Numbered from the stretch's first letter, positions 1-15,503 are shown. The stretch is DNA of 64,000 nucleotides from Octopus vulgaris (GCA_951406725.2 OX597818.1:101618001-101682000), one strand, 5' to 3'. The notes: generated by a model not told the origin, from the letters alone. Translations and numbers: made by a program.

Positions 1-141
1 ACCGCTCGGTTCAAAGTCTCTCTTGACCAGAAATGGATTGAACTCATTGCATGAACACCCTCCCTGTACATAACTCCATGTTCCCCTACATGGCCTTCCT
101 TTTTGGTTTTTGAGCCAAAAAATTAACTTAACTTAACTAAT
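1..141 (+). mobile_element. 3' end of a CR1/L2-like LINE, cut by the window edge
   Basis: Frame 1 reads TARFKVSLDQKWIELIA*, resembling the FKxxLDxxW C-terminal motif of CR1-type ORF2. A short (TTAAC)n tail follows at about 122-141. Confidence 0.35.
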
Positions 142-1589
142 GTGGATTATAACAGTCTTCATCAATACTAATATGGGCAGGTTTTCTATGGACTATTCAT
201 ATTTTTAGTGTCATGCCTGTTAGCGTATAGAGTCAAAAGATATTCAACATGATAAATGATAAATAAATTAATTTCTCTTGGTTGCCATCTCCTGTGTAAT
301 CTATATTACCGTCTATGTTAAGTCTTCCTGACTGCTAAAACTATACTTTATATACAGAGGATACGTGCTTTGTTGTCGTTATCATTTTAACATACGACAA
401 TTTATATAATTAAGATAATTTACTTTAAAAGCACTAATTTACTTTAAATTTCAGTTTACATCATAGTGCTATTTGCTATAAAATATATGTAGGTGCTCAC
501 AATTCTTCTCCCAAAAACATTACTTTTGTTTGATTTTTACGTAAACGTAAGCGCTTCTATAACATACTAGCCAATATAAATTGGTTATTATTATACATTG
601 CGAGGATATGTATAGCATTATATAACATCATAGAATAAGACTCTGTGACAATACCAATACGAATATCAAAACGGTTTTTATCAGTTAAAGATTAACGGTC
701 TCCAAACATTTCAACACAAACCGCACAACAGAATCTATATTCAATATATATATATTCTATAAACCTTACACTTTTATTCCCAAACATACTTGGATGAATC
801 CGAATAGTAATATCAGCATTTATCACTGATTTTATACACTAAACGCAAACAACGTAAAAAGGAGTTACTTCCCTGGATAAAGTGTAGAGAATGCAACTTG
901 TCCAAGCATAGTAATATCCTATGGATTACTGCATCATTTCACAACATTCGCTATAAACGCTCAACAACATTTTTTGGTTCCTTTCTTCCAGGCTTCTTCC
1001 TTTTTTTATTCTTCCTATACGAATAATTCACCACACTCTTCTCCTTTCATCTCATGCTATTTCGATATTTCAACATCAATTTCAGATCCTCTTTGCCCCA
1101 CAGAAGAGATAGACAAACGATAAATTTAAAGCTTAGGAAACTACTGTTACAAATGATAGTACAACAAAAATTGCGGGAATCTAAATTTTCCCAATTCATA
1201 TAAATAAACTATGTCAACCACACCAAGATTCCGTGTTGTCAAGGTGTGGAGATACTCAGTAGTATCAACAACCATCCAGTATCGTCAAAGATCGACTGTT
1301 CTCAGCAACCGTAATAAAAAACATTCCATCTACCGAATGGAGGTTTACAAAAAAGCGTTCTAATATTGATTCCTCATACTTTGTTGGAAGTTTACAGGCG
1401 TAAATTTGCGAAGATATGAAAGTAGTACTTGTACAAAATGTATGATGAATTTATGGAAACTATCCTCTACAAGAATTAAACTTCTTAAAAAATTGAACAG
1501 CTTGTTTCCTGCATTCTTAAGAAATTTGATGAGAATTTTGGAACTTCATTGCATAAATTCCTCTTGCATTATATACATTTATATTTATC

Positions 1590-1790
1590 TGTGTGTTCCG
1601 TTCTTTCTGTGTTTGTTCCCCGACATTGTTTGACAACCGATGATGATGTATTTACGTCACTATAACTTAGCGGTGGAGTAATACATTCCGATAGAATGAA
1701 TTCTAGGCTTACGAAGAATAAGTCCTAGAGTCGATTTCTTCGACTAACACCCTTGAAGGCAGTGCTCCAGCAATTAAATCAATAAAATGA
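1590..1790 (+). mobile_element. SINE family B, degenerate 3' half
   Basis: Shares TAACTTAGCGGT...CTAGGCTTACGAAGAATAAGTCCT...TCGACTAA...GTGCTCCAGCA with the copy at about 46180-46360. Confidence 0.55.
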
Positions 1791-1831
1791 TTAAAAAAAA
1801 ACAACTGTTAATAAAGAAAATATACATAAAT

Positions 1832-2018
1832 TGGTGAGGAGGTCTAATATCAGTTCCTATTAATGTATTTCATCTGCCGCTAAGGTCTGAGTTAAAATTC
1901 CACTGAGGCCGACATTGCATTTCTTCCTTTCGAGGTCGACAAATTAAATACCAGTGGAATACTGATTTCGATGTAATCGACTATTTCAAACCCTTTTGCC
2001 TTTAATAGAAAGGATTAT
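1832..2018 (+). mobile_element. SINE family A, degenerate copy
   Basis: Matches the window's recurrent motif GAGTTCAAATTCCGCCGAGGTCGACTTTGCCTTTCATCCTTTCGGGGTCGATAAA...GTCGATGTAATCGACT. Confidence 0.7.
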
Positions 2019-5000
2019 TTGTTATTTAAATTCAATACCAAACATCTTGGAAATACGCTAATATTTGAGACACGTACGTGCAAATTATCCTGCTCCAAAT
2101 TAGAAGCATAATTACTTCGTTAGGAAGAGATAATATGCAACGTTTAATAAAGAGCTACGTGTCAAAAGTTTTATTTTTAAAATGGGCAGGACAATAAAGC
2201 TTAACACTTATTTGTATGCACTGAAATTGCATTATATAAGATGGTCTGTTTACTTGCATTACCTTGGAAATATTCCCAGGAACTTTTTAAATGAGTTTAT
2301 ATTTTCAATCCAGAGAAAAATTACCAAGTAATGACTGGTTACATATCTAAATATACAATATTATGCAAAACACACACTGCCATGACATACACACGCACAC
2401 ATGCACACACACACACACACACACACGTGTGTACCATGGACACACACACACAGGCGCGCTTATATGCCATCTCTTGTAAACTAAAACCTTTCACACATTT
2501 AAATAATGTTGGCATTACCCGGCATTCATCAAGGTAAATCGCTCAGCTGGAACACACGAGTGGCTGTGCTAGTCTCAAAATTTATCACACTCGCAAGAAT
2601 ATGTTTAACATTTCATATTTGGTAACAGTTAGTTCGAGAAAAGAAGAAACTCACATTAGCGATAGAAAATATACAAATACGTTATTTATTTAGGAATTCG
2701 ATTATTTCACTCATGTTTATAAATATATAACAGCAGAGTTATTATGTAGCGGGTCGAGCATATGTTAACTTACATCTGCAGAATGCGGACGGACACTTTT
2801 ACAATAAGATTGACTCCAATTCTTAATATATCTTAGAGAGAAAAAATTGTGTTGATATGCTAATTCTGGAGAGCTGTTCAATCAAATGATCCAACTACAT
2901 ATCATACAACTGGGAAATTATTGCGCTTCGAAATTTTACGTTATTGCTACTCAGTTTATCTGACAGCGTACAAGTTTCTTTAGTATATTTGAAAAAGTTA
3001 TGTCAAAGTAGTAATATTTTTTGCACACAATTCATAATTTTTTTCAGCAGCGTCTGTTTGTCTTCATTTAACGTAGCTTTATCTTATTGACATATTAACT
3101 TTTACAACGCGATATTCAAAATAAAAAAAAGACAAATTCAAATTACTCTTCTTATGGATTCTACGTTGTATTTTTCTTCTTCCTGTTCATTTACTCACTC
3201 TTATATCATTTGCTTCACCAGCATCTCAAAACGTTTTTCGACTTTTCCTGCTCTTATATATTTGTTTTCTTTTTTTTGGCGGTGGGATACATTAGTTCGT
3301 ATCCTCGAATTCCCGTGCTGTGTGGTGGAAATAAACGCAATAACTTTCAATTCATTACTTTTTCGTGTTTTTTTTTTTTGCATTTCAATTAGCACATTTG
3401 TACTCCCGACTGCGTACAAGTGCGTATGTAAAAGGACGTCCATTATTATTTAACTATTATGTGCTGATATCAAAAGAAGTAGTATATTGAAAAACAATTT
3501 CTAGGGGGCCATTTCTGACTCAAAGCGTCAAAAGGGGGCCTTTAGCCAAAATTGGTTGAGAAAATTTAGTGTATGTTACATTTAATTTATATATACATAT
3601 ATGTATAAATATATTTTTACTTGATAGCATCTTTGGATGCTATCATACTGAGTCACGAAAAATCGCCTCTATCGAAAAATCGCCTCCTGTACTTGTTCAT
3701 TTTAAGTTAACCGGAATTAAAGAAATCTCTATGCCCGCGCGTGTATATACACATGTACCTATGTAGGGAAAGGAGTAGACAGGACTAGAGGTAGAAAGTT
3801 TGGTGTATAGGGAAGAAAGTAGGTAAGTAGTTAGGTAGGTAAAGAGGTATATTTGTCTTGTATATCATTCCATGTATTTAATCTCTTCTATTTTTGTTTC
3901 ATAATTTTGAAACTTGAATGAAGATCTTCGGAACAGCATTATAAAATGTGCCGAGTTTGTTCGATCTTGCCAAGAGAATGAATACATAGTGAATACGCTG
4001 TGTTTGCTTGCCGTCCTGCAATAATTCACAGATAATTGTAGCCAACACAAACCTGGAAGTTTTTTCCAGCATATCATTTTGCCACTCGTTAAGTGATGCT
4101 GATGACATCTACATACTGATTAAACTTTTTTATAGATTTATAAATTGCTAGAAAGAATATAGTACATCCTTTTGCAGCCGTAATATATATAAAAAAAAAG
4201 TAGATTAATGATTTGCAAGTCAATATTGTGCCTTATTTTCTGTGTTAGATGTGCGATGATCGCATTTTTAAGCTTCTCGAAAATTCAGTGACAGCATTCT
4301 GAATTGTGTAGAAAATGTGTAAAGATAAACTTTCAAAAGGCAGCATCGCAGTATTAACACAAAAGTAAGTAACAAATACGTAAACATTTCATATACTTGG
4401 CAGTATATTATATTTATGGAATTACATACCATGTACTTGCTGGTAATTAATATTAACATATCGCATGGCATAAATCTGTTTACAACGTTAATTGGTTTTC
4501 TAGTAGTGCTACAATTTGTAGGTTTCATACAATATGATCGTGGATAGTTAATGGGTTGGATGTGGGTCTATTGAAAGCGCCATATATCCATTACCTACTT
4601 TTGTGTATTTTCGATGGTATTGTTTACATAAATGTATTCTAATACAAATTATCGTAACTTTCAGTGCAAGCTCCGACTTCCTTAGAAAATATGTACAGAT
4701 AAACAGAACATTTAGTTCATTTAAAAGTAGTCTCACATCTTTATGATCCGTATAATTACAAGTGAATAGAGTTTACCCTAAATAAACGTCACATTACCAA
4801 TCAATTCATATATGTAATCGAAGAAAGTAGAAATATACTATATGAAAGATAAGTATACGGGAAAAACAATGACATTTATACGAGTAGTGTTCAAAATCAT
4901 TACTCAAATGCTATGAAAGAGTTATGCAAAATGATTTCAGTAGACATTCCTCTATATATGGTGTTGTAGATTTTAGAAATATTAATATTTTGGCACTATG

Positions 5001-5024
5001 CACACATGGACAAAACGCTCACAC

Positions 5025-5296
<272 letters not shown>

Positions 5297-6420
5297 GGGA
5301 TTAAAACTGGTTGGTATGATAGAAGGCATGAGCTCTCCACAGCCATCAGACTAAAATGACACTTGCTTACTTGCCATGCTTCCAGAACCCTGCGAAGAAG
5401 TCTTGCAGTTCCAAGGAAAGCTGATTTTTGTAGGTGTTATACCGTCACACACGCACCGAACGTGTTCAGATATGTTGGTAGTTGAATGCTGATATTTCCA
5501 AGTGCAACAATTACTATTCGTATCACGGCTACTCTCTCCATTGACCACAAACTTCGTATTTCCCACTTCAAATCGTCATAGTTGTTATTATCTTCTTTCG
5601 TTTTGCTGCTATTCTCTCCGAGGTATGCTATGTCGATTAGCATACATTTTCTTTCTTTTTTATTCACCACAACAATCTCCTGTTTCCGAAGTCTGGTCAG
5701 GTGATCGCACTGGATTATTGTATCCCACAGGATTTTGCAATTCTCATTTTCGGTGATTCCTTCTGGAGTTTTCTCATACCACGTCTCTCTTCTCTGTAAG
5801 CCCTTATTTCCACAGAGCTTCCAACTGATCCTTCTTACCACATTGTCATGACATCGTTTGCATTCGCATTGTGCCAATTTCGGGCATTCGCTAACGATGT
5901 GCCACACCGTTTTGCCCCTCTCACCACACATTCTGCATTAGCCGCTATCACTAGTGTTGTCTATTCTACACTTCATATAATTGCTCCTTAACGCTTGTTC
6001 CTGCGCTGCTCATATGAGTGCTTTTATCTCTATCTTCACATAAATCCTTCTTATCTATAGCCACTTATCCTCAGTATCTGTTTTGACGTACACATCTCTT
6101 GCAAACTGGCCGTACATTTTCTTTTCCTTCCATGTATTTTCTTTATTCTTTTGGTCATTTAATTAAAAAAAATTTTTCTTTACTTACACAACTTTCAGTT
6201 AGGATGACGCCGGCCTTCTTCGTGTGTTTGTGACTCTACGCCATTTTTTATAAATCACCCCAGGCTGTTTTCCTCTGCTTCGATACAGTCCTGGCAGCTG
6301 ATCAAATCTCTCCCACCCATTCCTCTGGACAAGTACGCACATCGGTATCACTTTTATTGCGGACGATTCGGTGTACTGTCAACATTTTTCTCAACTTGAT
6401 ATCAATTTTCTTTATTTCTC
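5297..6420 (-). mobile_element. 5'-truncated, decayed R4/Dong-like RLE non-LTR retrotransposon
   Basis: Minus strand encodes WKEKKMYGQF, AAQEQALRSNY, zinc knuckle CRMCGERGKTVWHIVSEC, an RHD-like RCHDNV, KILWD, LIDIA and terminal GTARLLRRVL, then a (TAA)n tail. Several stops and frameshifts. Confidence 0.85.
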
Positions 6421-9400
6421 ACACACACTCACACACACAAACACAGACACACATTCACTCACAACCATGCACACACACGCGCACGCACACATGTACACAT
6501 AAGTATGTATATATGTAATGTTTAGAATGCTACACCGAGAAAATTGTGAATGCGTATGTATCAATTTTGTGGGTTTTTCCCCATTTAACGGTGATCATAC
6601 GTGAGCACATAACGAGAACTATTTCAACATTCATATTTTATTTTGCAAAATATATTCTTCTGTCCGTCTCTTTTCAATTAAGTTACATTATTAGAGGCAA
6701 TTAACGTGAATGCTAAGAACTAAACATAATATCTTTTGAAAACATATTCCAAAGTTACGAAAATGAAATAGTTTTTTGAAACATCGGCCATTTGCATTAA
6801 AACGAATAGAGTACATGTTAAATTGTAGTTTATATCGTCGGACCATTTTACAAGAAAATAATGTTCGTTAGCTGATTTAGTCAACACATCAATTCAAAAT
6901 CGTTTTCTAACTGTAGTAAACAAATAACATACATGTATTTGTACGGCGAAATAATGTATCGGTTTGTGTGAGTGTGCGCCATACAATACTAACATTGGTG
7001 TTAATATTGTTGTATGCATTATTGTTGCGTATTCAATGGTGATACCAAGAACCAAACAGTTTTCTGGAATTTTGCGCATCAGTGTATTGCACCATGTTAT
7101 ATCGAATTTGTAATTGAGAATGTCAGTGGATAAAGTCCAAGAAATGTCAAGGCTTGGATCCTTCTTTTCTATAGTTAATCGATAGGAATATTCTGTATTA
7201 ACATGCTGAAATAATTCCCCAAGTGAATTCAATGTGACGTCTCTATAGAACGTGTGAAATTTCAGGAAATACAAGAACATCAACCGAAGTGCCTTAATTT
7301 AAATTCCAATAGTAAATTGAAAATTGAATCTATAGCTGCAGAAATGATATTGAATGTCGTTTATTTAGAGCATTTAAGCATAGAAAGGTGTTCTGTCTTG
7401 TTAAAGCTGTTTCGTAATGTCCGTTTGTACATTAGATTTCCATCGTCTGGAATTATATCCAATTGCTTAACAATACATTTAGCTGACACTTTTAAGCTTT
7501 ATAACTCTCAAACAACCTCTCTTTATAAATCGTTATAATACAACACATCACATGATCAGCTTTGAACATTGCAAATGAAAATACGTGTCCTTCATTAGGC
7601 AGGTAATTATAGTTTTGCATGATAAATATTCATTCTCTTATAAGCGCATATGATACGCTTATAAGATACGCAAATTTTATAAATGTTTTGTTTATTTTGT
7701 TTTGTCTGTTTTATGTATTTTCGTGGGTAATTTCATGTGTTGGTACTTGTATAGGCACTGTATTTTTGAAAGGTAACGGTGTTGTAAATATTTGTTTGAA
7801 TATACTTACTTGTCATACACCTGGCATTATTCTGTTTCATTTTCATCGCTATACCATGCTCAGATAATACTACTGCTAAACCGACTACATTCTTCAGCAA
7901 TTTAAATTAATCTAACGGGAGTCTTATAAAGGCCATACTACTCCGGATTCAACTTACATATTTTTAATATACACAAATTTTATAAATTCATTAATTATAC
8001 GACATTGATATACAAATAATATCGGTGTTATAGAAAATCATGTTCTTGTAATACTCATACAAACATACAAGTTGGTAATATATATAATATTGTTTTAGAA
8101 TATTCTTCGAAATTACCCTTCTATCTTGGTGTGTACAGAATATTAGTCAAGTTCTTTAGTAGTTTCACAACCGTTAGGTAATAAATAGGTTAACTCAAAC
8201 TCACTTCATTTGGATACTATACATATTTCTACTCTGTTCACCAATTATTTTAAAAAAACATTGGTCCCTCACGACTCTCATTAATGTCATGAGCTTCTAA
8301 ACACGTTTTAATTAACAAGTTAATTAACTACTTGTCACGGTGTTATTGTAATTTTCTTCCTAAACAAGTCTTCCCTTTAGCAGGAAATTTTGAACTTTCA
8401 AGCATTTACTGATGTTTTCAAATCAATATCGACTGATATATATTGCTTCACACATCATGATCTTCTATTAATGATTGCTGAAAGGCTGTGTTATTGCATA
8501 ATGTTTGGTTAGAGGTAACACAGATGGAATTTAGTTATTCTGGCATTATTGGCAGCGTGTAATCAGTCGTTTGTTTTAATATAATTATATACTAAATTAT
8601 TTTTAGCTATTAAAAGGTTTTATTTCGGATTAATGCTAATGTTCCACATCTGTTTTCGTATCGATACTGTTAAGCATTTAAAATTGTTCTGAAATCGAAC
8701 GGAAGTAATTATACTAGGAAAAGTCGCAAGCAACTAGGGCCAAACAATGCAAACAGAATGAGACTTTAGTGAAGAGAGATGTAGAGCTAAGATAGAAGAG
8801 AAGTAATCGACGCTACACAAACATAATCACACGTAGACACACGAGACACACGAGAAGTGTAGCATTATGATGTTATAGTCATAGTTAGCGATGTTATTAA
8901 ATAGAGATGACAAAGATGGCTCCGTATCAGTGGAGCTGAGTGTAAAATACCCTAATTATTAATTTTACAAAAATTATTAAATGTAGTTTGTGAATTATCT
9001 TGTCATGAACCTTACAGTAATAAAGCTGCGTCTGATAAACGAGGATAATTTTATATTGTTTTTTTTTCGATATTTTGTATTAATTACAGACAGCAATAGA
9101 TGAGGTGAAATGATAAGAGATAGTAGCAGAGCAATGTTTATGGAAGGAGAAAGACAAGAAAAGAATAATGAATCAGAAGAATTAATATTGTAGAACCTAA
9201 GAAGAAAGGAAGGAAAATAAGAGGAATGAAAATCACAATGCCGATCTGTAAGACACCTGCGAAAGAGGACAAAAATCAGCATTTTCATTTACTCAGATGC
9301 TCAATGCTTTGAAAGTTCGATGAGTACAACGGACATACAATTTCATATAGTATATAATTGATAGAATCAGTGATAAAGTAACGCATTTGTCATTTGCTAA

Positions 9401-9444
9401 TACATTTCGTTTCAGGTGTCATGGACCTCTTGACAGAAAATAAA

Positions 9445-9703
9445 GGCGGTGACCTAGCAGAATCGTTAGCACATGGGAGAACATTGCTTAGCGGCATTTC
9501 TTCCGTCTTTACGTTCTGAATTCCAATTCCAATGAAACGAGTTTGGACTTCTTTGAGCAGATGAGGGAACTGTTTATATGTCGACTTTTCCTTCCAACCT
9601 TTCGGAGTCGATAAATTTAGGAACAGTGAAACACTGAGGTCTATATAATCGACTAGTCCCCTCCCCATAAAATATCAGGCCCTGTGCCCTTAGTAGAAAG
9701 AAC
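9445..9703 (+). mobile_element. SINE family A copy with an internal foreign insert
   Basis: Head GGCGGTGACCTAGCAGAATCGTTAGC, conserved core and GTAGAAAG tail. About 45 extra bases sit at 9532-9576. Confidence 0.8.
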
Positions 9704-10495
9704 CATTTGGTAGAACATGAATGAAATACAAATATTAATGAAAATTACATACGAAACCTCGATTTAACCAACAACCCACAAGTTTAGTGCCCTCGTGCCA
9801 AAATTTGAATTCAATATTAAATATGAAATAATCTTTGTTTTGATCTTTTACATATGTAGTTATTTCTATAATGCTATATGAAATGCCTTACACCAGCAAG
9901 TTCTAACTATTAGCTCCTTCTCTTCTTGTGTATGTCTACCTGTATACATATATATGTATGTGTGCGTGCACAAAAGTATTGTCGTGTATCAGAGCATCCA
10001 ATCTTCTTTTGTTTATATAGCGTGTATTTTATTATGCTTCTATATTTACATTTATGCCTGTGTCATTTTTTGTTTTCTATGTTTACACCATATTGTTAAA
10101 CTAACAATATTATCGCTAAAGTCTTGGGATTGTAACGAGTATATGAACGATATCTGACGAGGGAATCGCATGTCCATGCCCTGTGTGTGAATTTTCCGTT
10201 CGTTCTTTTCGTCTTGCAAGTTCCTTTTTAATAATCTTTTAAAATTTTATTTTGCTTGATTGCTTACTTGTTCTGTGAAGCTTCCACCGGCCTCAGCACT
10301 GTTCTGTACTTTTGACATCAGCTTATTTCACCTTTGGTTCTATGTTTTCGTCTCTCCTCTTTCGTTTCCAGTCGGATTGGACATTTTCCATTGCGTTACT
10401 TATACATATGGTTTGTCTTATCTCGGCCTCACGGCCTATATTTTATATAGCGAATATGTTATGAAGATATTCAATAAATTCACTGTTTTTTACAT

Positions 10496-11225
10496 CCTCC
10501 AAAATTGAGGTCATCATGCCATCACTTACATTGAAGATGAAACGACCTTGACCTTCTTTTGAGCAGATGAGGGAGCTGTTAATAGTGAATGGGTTGTACC
10601 TTTGTCTTTGGCTCAAATCCAGTAGTCATCCTTGGTTAGAAAATATACAGGGAAACCAGCTGGATCTGTTTCAAACGATGCGAGACGTTACTCTCAGGTG
10701 ATCAACCTGGACGGCTTTTGATCAGATGCCATATAAAGTGTCACCAACCTTCGTCAGAATATTCTCAACCTTCTCACTTGGCTATTTTATTTATAGTCAG
10801 TCATGTCATCCATCCCCATGTGGTGAACCAAATCAACACTTTAATTCTGTAGTGCCACTTGCACAAATATGTAGAACTTGGGTAAGATTCAACAATTGCC
10901 CTTTCCCTCCTAAATACAGTTGCTCACTTTTGCACTGATGAGAAAGCTGAATCGTATTCCCTGCAGTAGCTTGCTGCATAACTGTCATTAGAGACTAAAT
11001 ACTTTTTTCTACAGGCAGTTGATAAAACGACGATGGCAGATATTGTTAATTTTGAAGTGAAATCATAACCAGTTACTTTTGAAGTCTTCTTTTAAAATTC
11101 AGAGGCTAGTTCACATTGAAAGAGACAATACAGTTACTTAGTAGCGTTGACAGTAATGCATGCAAAGCTTCAACACTCTAGCATCACTCTTTTATTCTGA
11201 CCCTGTTATATTATCAGTCCATTAT
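10496..11225 (-). mobile_element. mariner transposon relic (5' half), same family as 24965-26270
   Basis: The reverse complement shares ATGCTAGAG..TTGCATGCATTA, TGACTATAAAT, GTTGAGAATATTCTGA, CTGATCAAAAGC and CAG.TCCAG.TGGTTT with 24990-25740. Confidence 0.7.
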
Positions 11226-14200
11226 GGCGTAATGTAATGATATAAGTTTTGCTATTCCAGATTGAAGGAGACACCTATAACAGTAATTTGAACACGCATT
11301 ATTAAACACTGTTTGTTACTGCTGACTAGGTTTTAGAATGATGTCCGTATTTTTGAAAGCTTGATCTCCATTGAATATTTGCAGTAAACTGGGTTTAAGC
11401 CACAGAAACATTTGGAATGCTACAAATGTTTTATCGTTTAACCTTTTTCGCTGCTACAAGGGGTTCAAGAATGATAGAAATCAGATGATAGACGATAAGA
11501 GGTTTGTGTGTGTGTGTGAGAGAGAGAGAGAGAAAGAGAGAGGGAGAGACAGAGAGAGAAGCCTAAACACCAGATCCGTTATAGAAAATACGTAATTTTT
11601 GGATGAAACCATCGTGTGTCTATAAATGCAAAGAGCATAGAGTTTGGAGTTGGTGTGGAAAATGTACACATAATTGTGCATGATGATCTGTACATGCGCA
11701 AATTTGTTCTCAAGGTGCTGAGTGATGAAATGGGCTACAAAACTGTCCCTTGCACACACAACAACCTAGGTCTTTGTCCCTGCGAATTTTGATTGTATGC
11801 CAAGTCGCTGGGGTAGTAGAATTACATTGAAATGAGAGGATACAGCTTTGAAGAAAAGGAGTGTTTTTTACTGTGAAATTCATATTTCTTGATAAAATCT
11901 GAAAATTTATGGAATGCATCTTGCATATCTGTTTTCTATTTAAAGTAAACAGATGATAATACCTAACTCATCATAACCTAAATGGTTCATACTATCCTTT
12001 TAAAAGATAAATATTTATAGATTAATATTTTAAATACTTTGTTCTTTCTCAACTGTTATAATTACATTTATTATTTCTCATTTAATACTTGACTGCTTTC
12101 CAATGAGTTTAAATCGCAATAATTCTTTGCTGCTGAAAATAACGCGTTGTATTATAATACTATTTAAAAGCATTCTACTTATAGTTTACAACTAATTATA
12201 TGATTACCACGTGACCTACAAAGGTATTAGATATAAATGTACTTTAGAGAATCAAATCCGTAACCACCCCACACATACGCACAATAGTCCTACAGCTAAT
12301 TTCAGATTTACTGATTAAAAACAATCTATACTTAGAGTATTAACATTCATGTGCTATCTGAAATTTCGCGTTTTGGTTTTAAAACTTTCATATTTTTAAT
12401 GAGAATTATACTGCAATTATACTGAGAATATGAATTGTGAAAATTTGAAAATGAAACAGTTCTGGGTTTTCTTTTGTTATGTTAATTTTAGAAAGATAAG
12501 TGGGGTAGTCGTGCTCGTTTGAAGCAACGTTGATTGCGACTGCTCTCACCTCAGAAAATACTGCCAAAAAAACACAGATTACAATGCTTTAAGTGATACT
12601 TCGGTTGCTCTAATGTTTCATTCACGCCTTGTCCCATGCAAATCATGAAAAGAATTCACTTATATTAAATGGATGACGATTGCTTTGATGCTGATTCCAA
12701 AAGTGCTTCAAGATACCATTTAAAAAGATGGACAAGCATGCACTGATCCTAATATATCTACAGATATTTCTTGGCACCAAACTCGGTGAGCTTATCAGTT
12801 ACCATCCTTACACACCTCTTTTGCGCATCATGGGTTATTAACCAGAATTTCCATCCTCTGTCAAGACCAGAACGAGATTTAAGTCTTTCGTAACTAGAAC
12901 TTGTTGTTATCCTGCTTCAAACAAAGAGGTCGGAATTGGCGATTTTCAAGAGACTGATGACACAGCTTTCTTCTCCAGAACACCAGTAATTAATATTTCA
13001 AATACTTCTCGAGGAGACGTATTTTGGCTGATTGCGGCTCTTGACATCATTTTTCATGTGTAAGATTGGTAAAATTGTATTGAATATATGTTACAACTTT
13101 AACTGAAATTGTTATGCTTACAAACGGAATTGCCACGCACACAGGTGTACTGTATTCAGTGTCAATGCGAGATTATTTGTTAAAAGCTACTTCACCTTTC
13201 CAAATATAATTTACACTTATGATCTATTTCTTGCTTTATGCGTGTTTACTGTATAAATTGGATCACAAAACCCTATGAAGAATTCGCTGACACCTGCTTT
13301 TTCAGTATGTGACAATATTCTCTGTGTTGCGAACATTCTCGATTTCAGATGTTTTCTATAGAATTCTCTAGGCAAATTTCCACTTGATTCAACTCACAAT
13401 GGTTTTCGTTCATATCATTAAACATATTTCTTCTTCTTTGTGTTATTTCTAGTTCGAAATATTACGACGTTTTGCTAATGCTAAGAATTGCAATATTGCT
13501 TGAATTATTGTCTACATATTTGCGCTAACTTGGAAGTTTCTTCCACTACAGTTGAAATTAGAAACAAATTATATTCTATTAAAATTATTCTAAATAAATT
13601 AATTCCTCAATTCGAATCAAAGATATGACAGTAGCGCAAAAGGAGATTCATGAAGAAACTGAATTAAAAACTTATATTTTTGCAATTGTTGTTGTGGTGT
13701 AATACTGAAATATTTTGCAACATTATATTGGAAATATTGATAATACTGAAATATAGTGCGGTATATAACATTTATTGTAGAAAGTTCAAGTCAATCAAAA
13801 AATAAAATATCTAAGCAACCATATGAATTAAAAAAAAATTCTTCTCATTCACCTAAAATAAACGATTGCTCAGTGTATGCCTCGAAAATCATCAATGAAA
13901 CAATGGCTGCGTAACAAATTTGAACGCAAAATCATTTTAAAGTGTATTGAAAATGCAATTTTCATGCTTCTAAAGTGACCTATAAATTCGAGAGTTATGA
14001 TAGTTATTAGAAACTATTTGCTAGATCAAAAAGAATATTGTTGCAAGGTACAATTATGCACAAGAACTATTAACTGCTGATATCTTTTTGATGTTTAAGA
14101 ATATACACACTAACTAGAGCTTCTTCCGCTAGTGAGGAAAAGTAAATAAGCATAGATTAAATGTCCTGACGAAGTTTTGTTTTTGTTGGAGAAAATAATG

Positions 14201-15211
14201 CATTTGATATGAAATTAAATTCCTGACAGAACACTGAGAAAACCCAGTGAATTTTGAAATTGTTAACTATATTTAAGCTATCTGTCAGTGATTTAGCATT
14301 TAAATTGGGCATGTATGAAGACGAATCTTTTCAGAGATTAGTGTAATAAAATATGTAATTTTAATTGTAATAATTAAAATTAAAGCGTTGCTCTTTTTCC
14401 TCTTCGACACTGAAGTAGAGCTCAAGTGGAATCATATACAGTTTTCATTAATGTAAACGTGGAATATATATTAGATATGTATCGAAACACTGAGCATCGT
14501 CGAACGTGCTACTGTTAACTTGAAAACAAGTTAACAGTTAAAAAAGATCGTCAAAATAACATAAATAACATATAAATTCAAGTGAGGGGAATCGTAAGTT
14601 TTCTATTAATTATTTCTATTAAAACAATTTCAGTTTGAATATTGCGTTTATGATTCTACACTGAAGAATTTTGTTTCAAAAATGATTATGCAAACAAAAT
14701 ATTCTCTGTGAATGTATAAAACGATATTTTCGAGCATAAATGTGGTTACACTTCTTGTAAATTTATAAAAACAGAATCCTTCACTATGCAACTTGATATA
14801 AAGTAAGCAAACCCAATAACAAAAATGTCTTTAGATTACGGAATTCCAAGTTTCAGTATAATTTTCAAGAATGTTGGTTTCTTTAACCAAAGGGTTATTT
14901 TCACTTCTTATTCCGTGTATAATATTCTTGAAGTAATTTTCTCTCAATTATATTCAATCGTTTTGATTTTCACTGAGAAACAATCCTGTTAAAAAGGAAA
15001 CAATTGGTCATTGAGCATATTATGTTACATGATTTCCGTTTGTTGTTTTCCATTCCAACTGAGACGGTGGAGTGATAGGATATATTTTTTCTATGTATTA
15101 TTTGGATTGACTTGCTCAACTAAATGTAACAGTCTGCTGCCCTGTTTTTCTTTAGGAAATCTATAATATCCATTTTACTTATATAATTGATATTAATATT
15201 TTGGGGTTATA

Positions 15212-15428
15212 GGGTGACGAACTAGCGGAATCGTTAGCACGTTTCGGGAATTGCTTAGCGGCATTTCTTCTGCCTTTATGTTGTGAGCACAAACTCCGCT
15301 GAGGTCGAACTTTGCCTTTCATGCTTTCAGGGTCGACACCTTAAACAAATATCACGCATTACAGTCAATGAAATCGACTAAACTCTTCCACAAAATTCCA
15401 AGCGTTGTTCCTGTATAAGATAGGATAT
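15212..15428 (+). mobile_element. SINE family A copy
   Basis: GGTGACGAACTAGCGGAATCGTTAGCAC...GAGGTCGAACTTTGCCTTTCATGCTTTCAGGGTCGA. Confidence 0.75.
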
Positions 15429-15503
15429 TTCAAGGTAAAGTTGAGACATTTTATCTTTTTGAAATTCGTGACTAGGTATTACATTCAATATTTGCATCAT
15501 TTA

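Noticed and set aside
640-970. Third PLE linker/GIY-YIG remnant (SKHFN..SIFN, CRECNL)
   Set aside because: The similarity is too faint to support without a profile search.
10150-10200. Hammerhead-like CTGACGA-GGG...CCC
   Set aside because: No GAAA box follows the stem, and helices I and III are absent.
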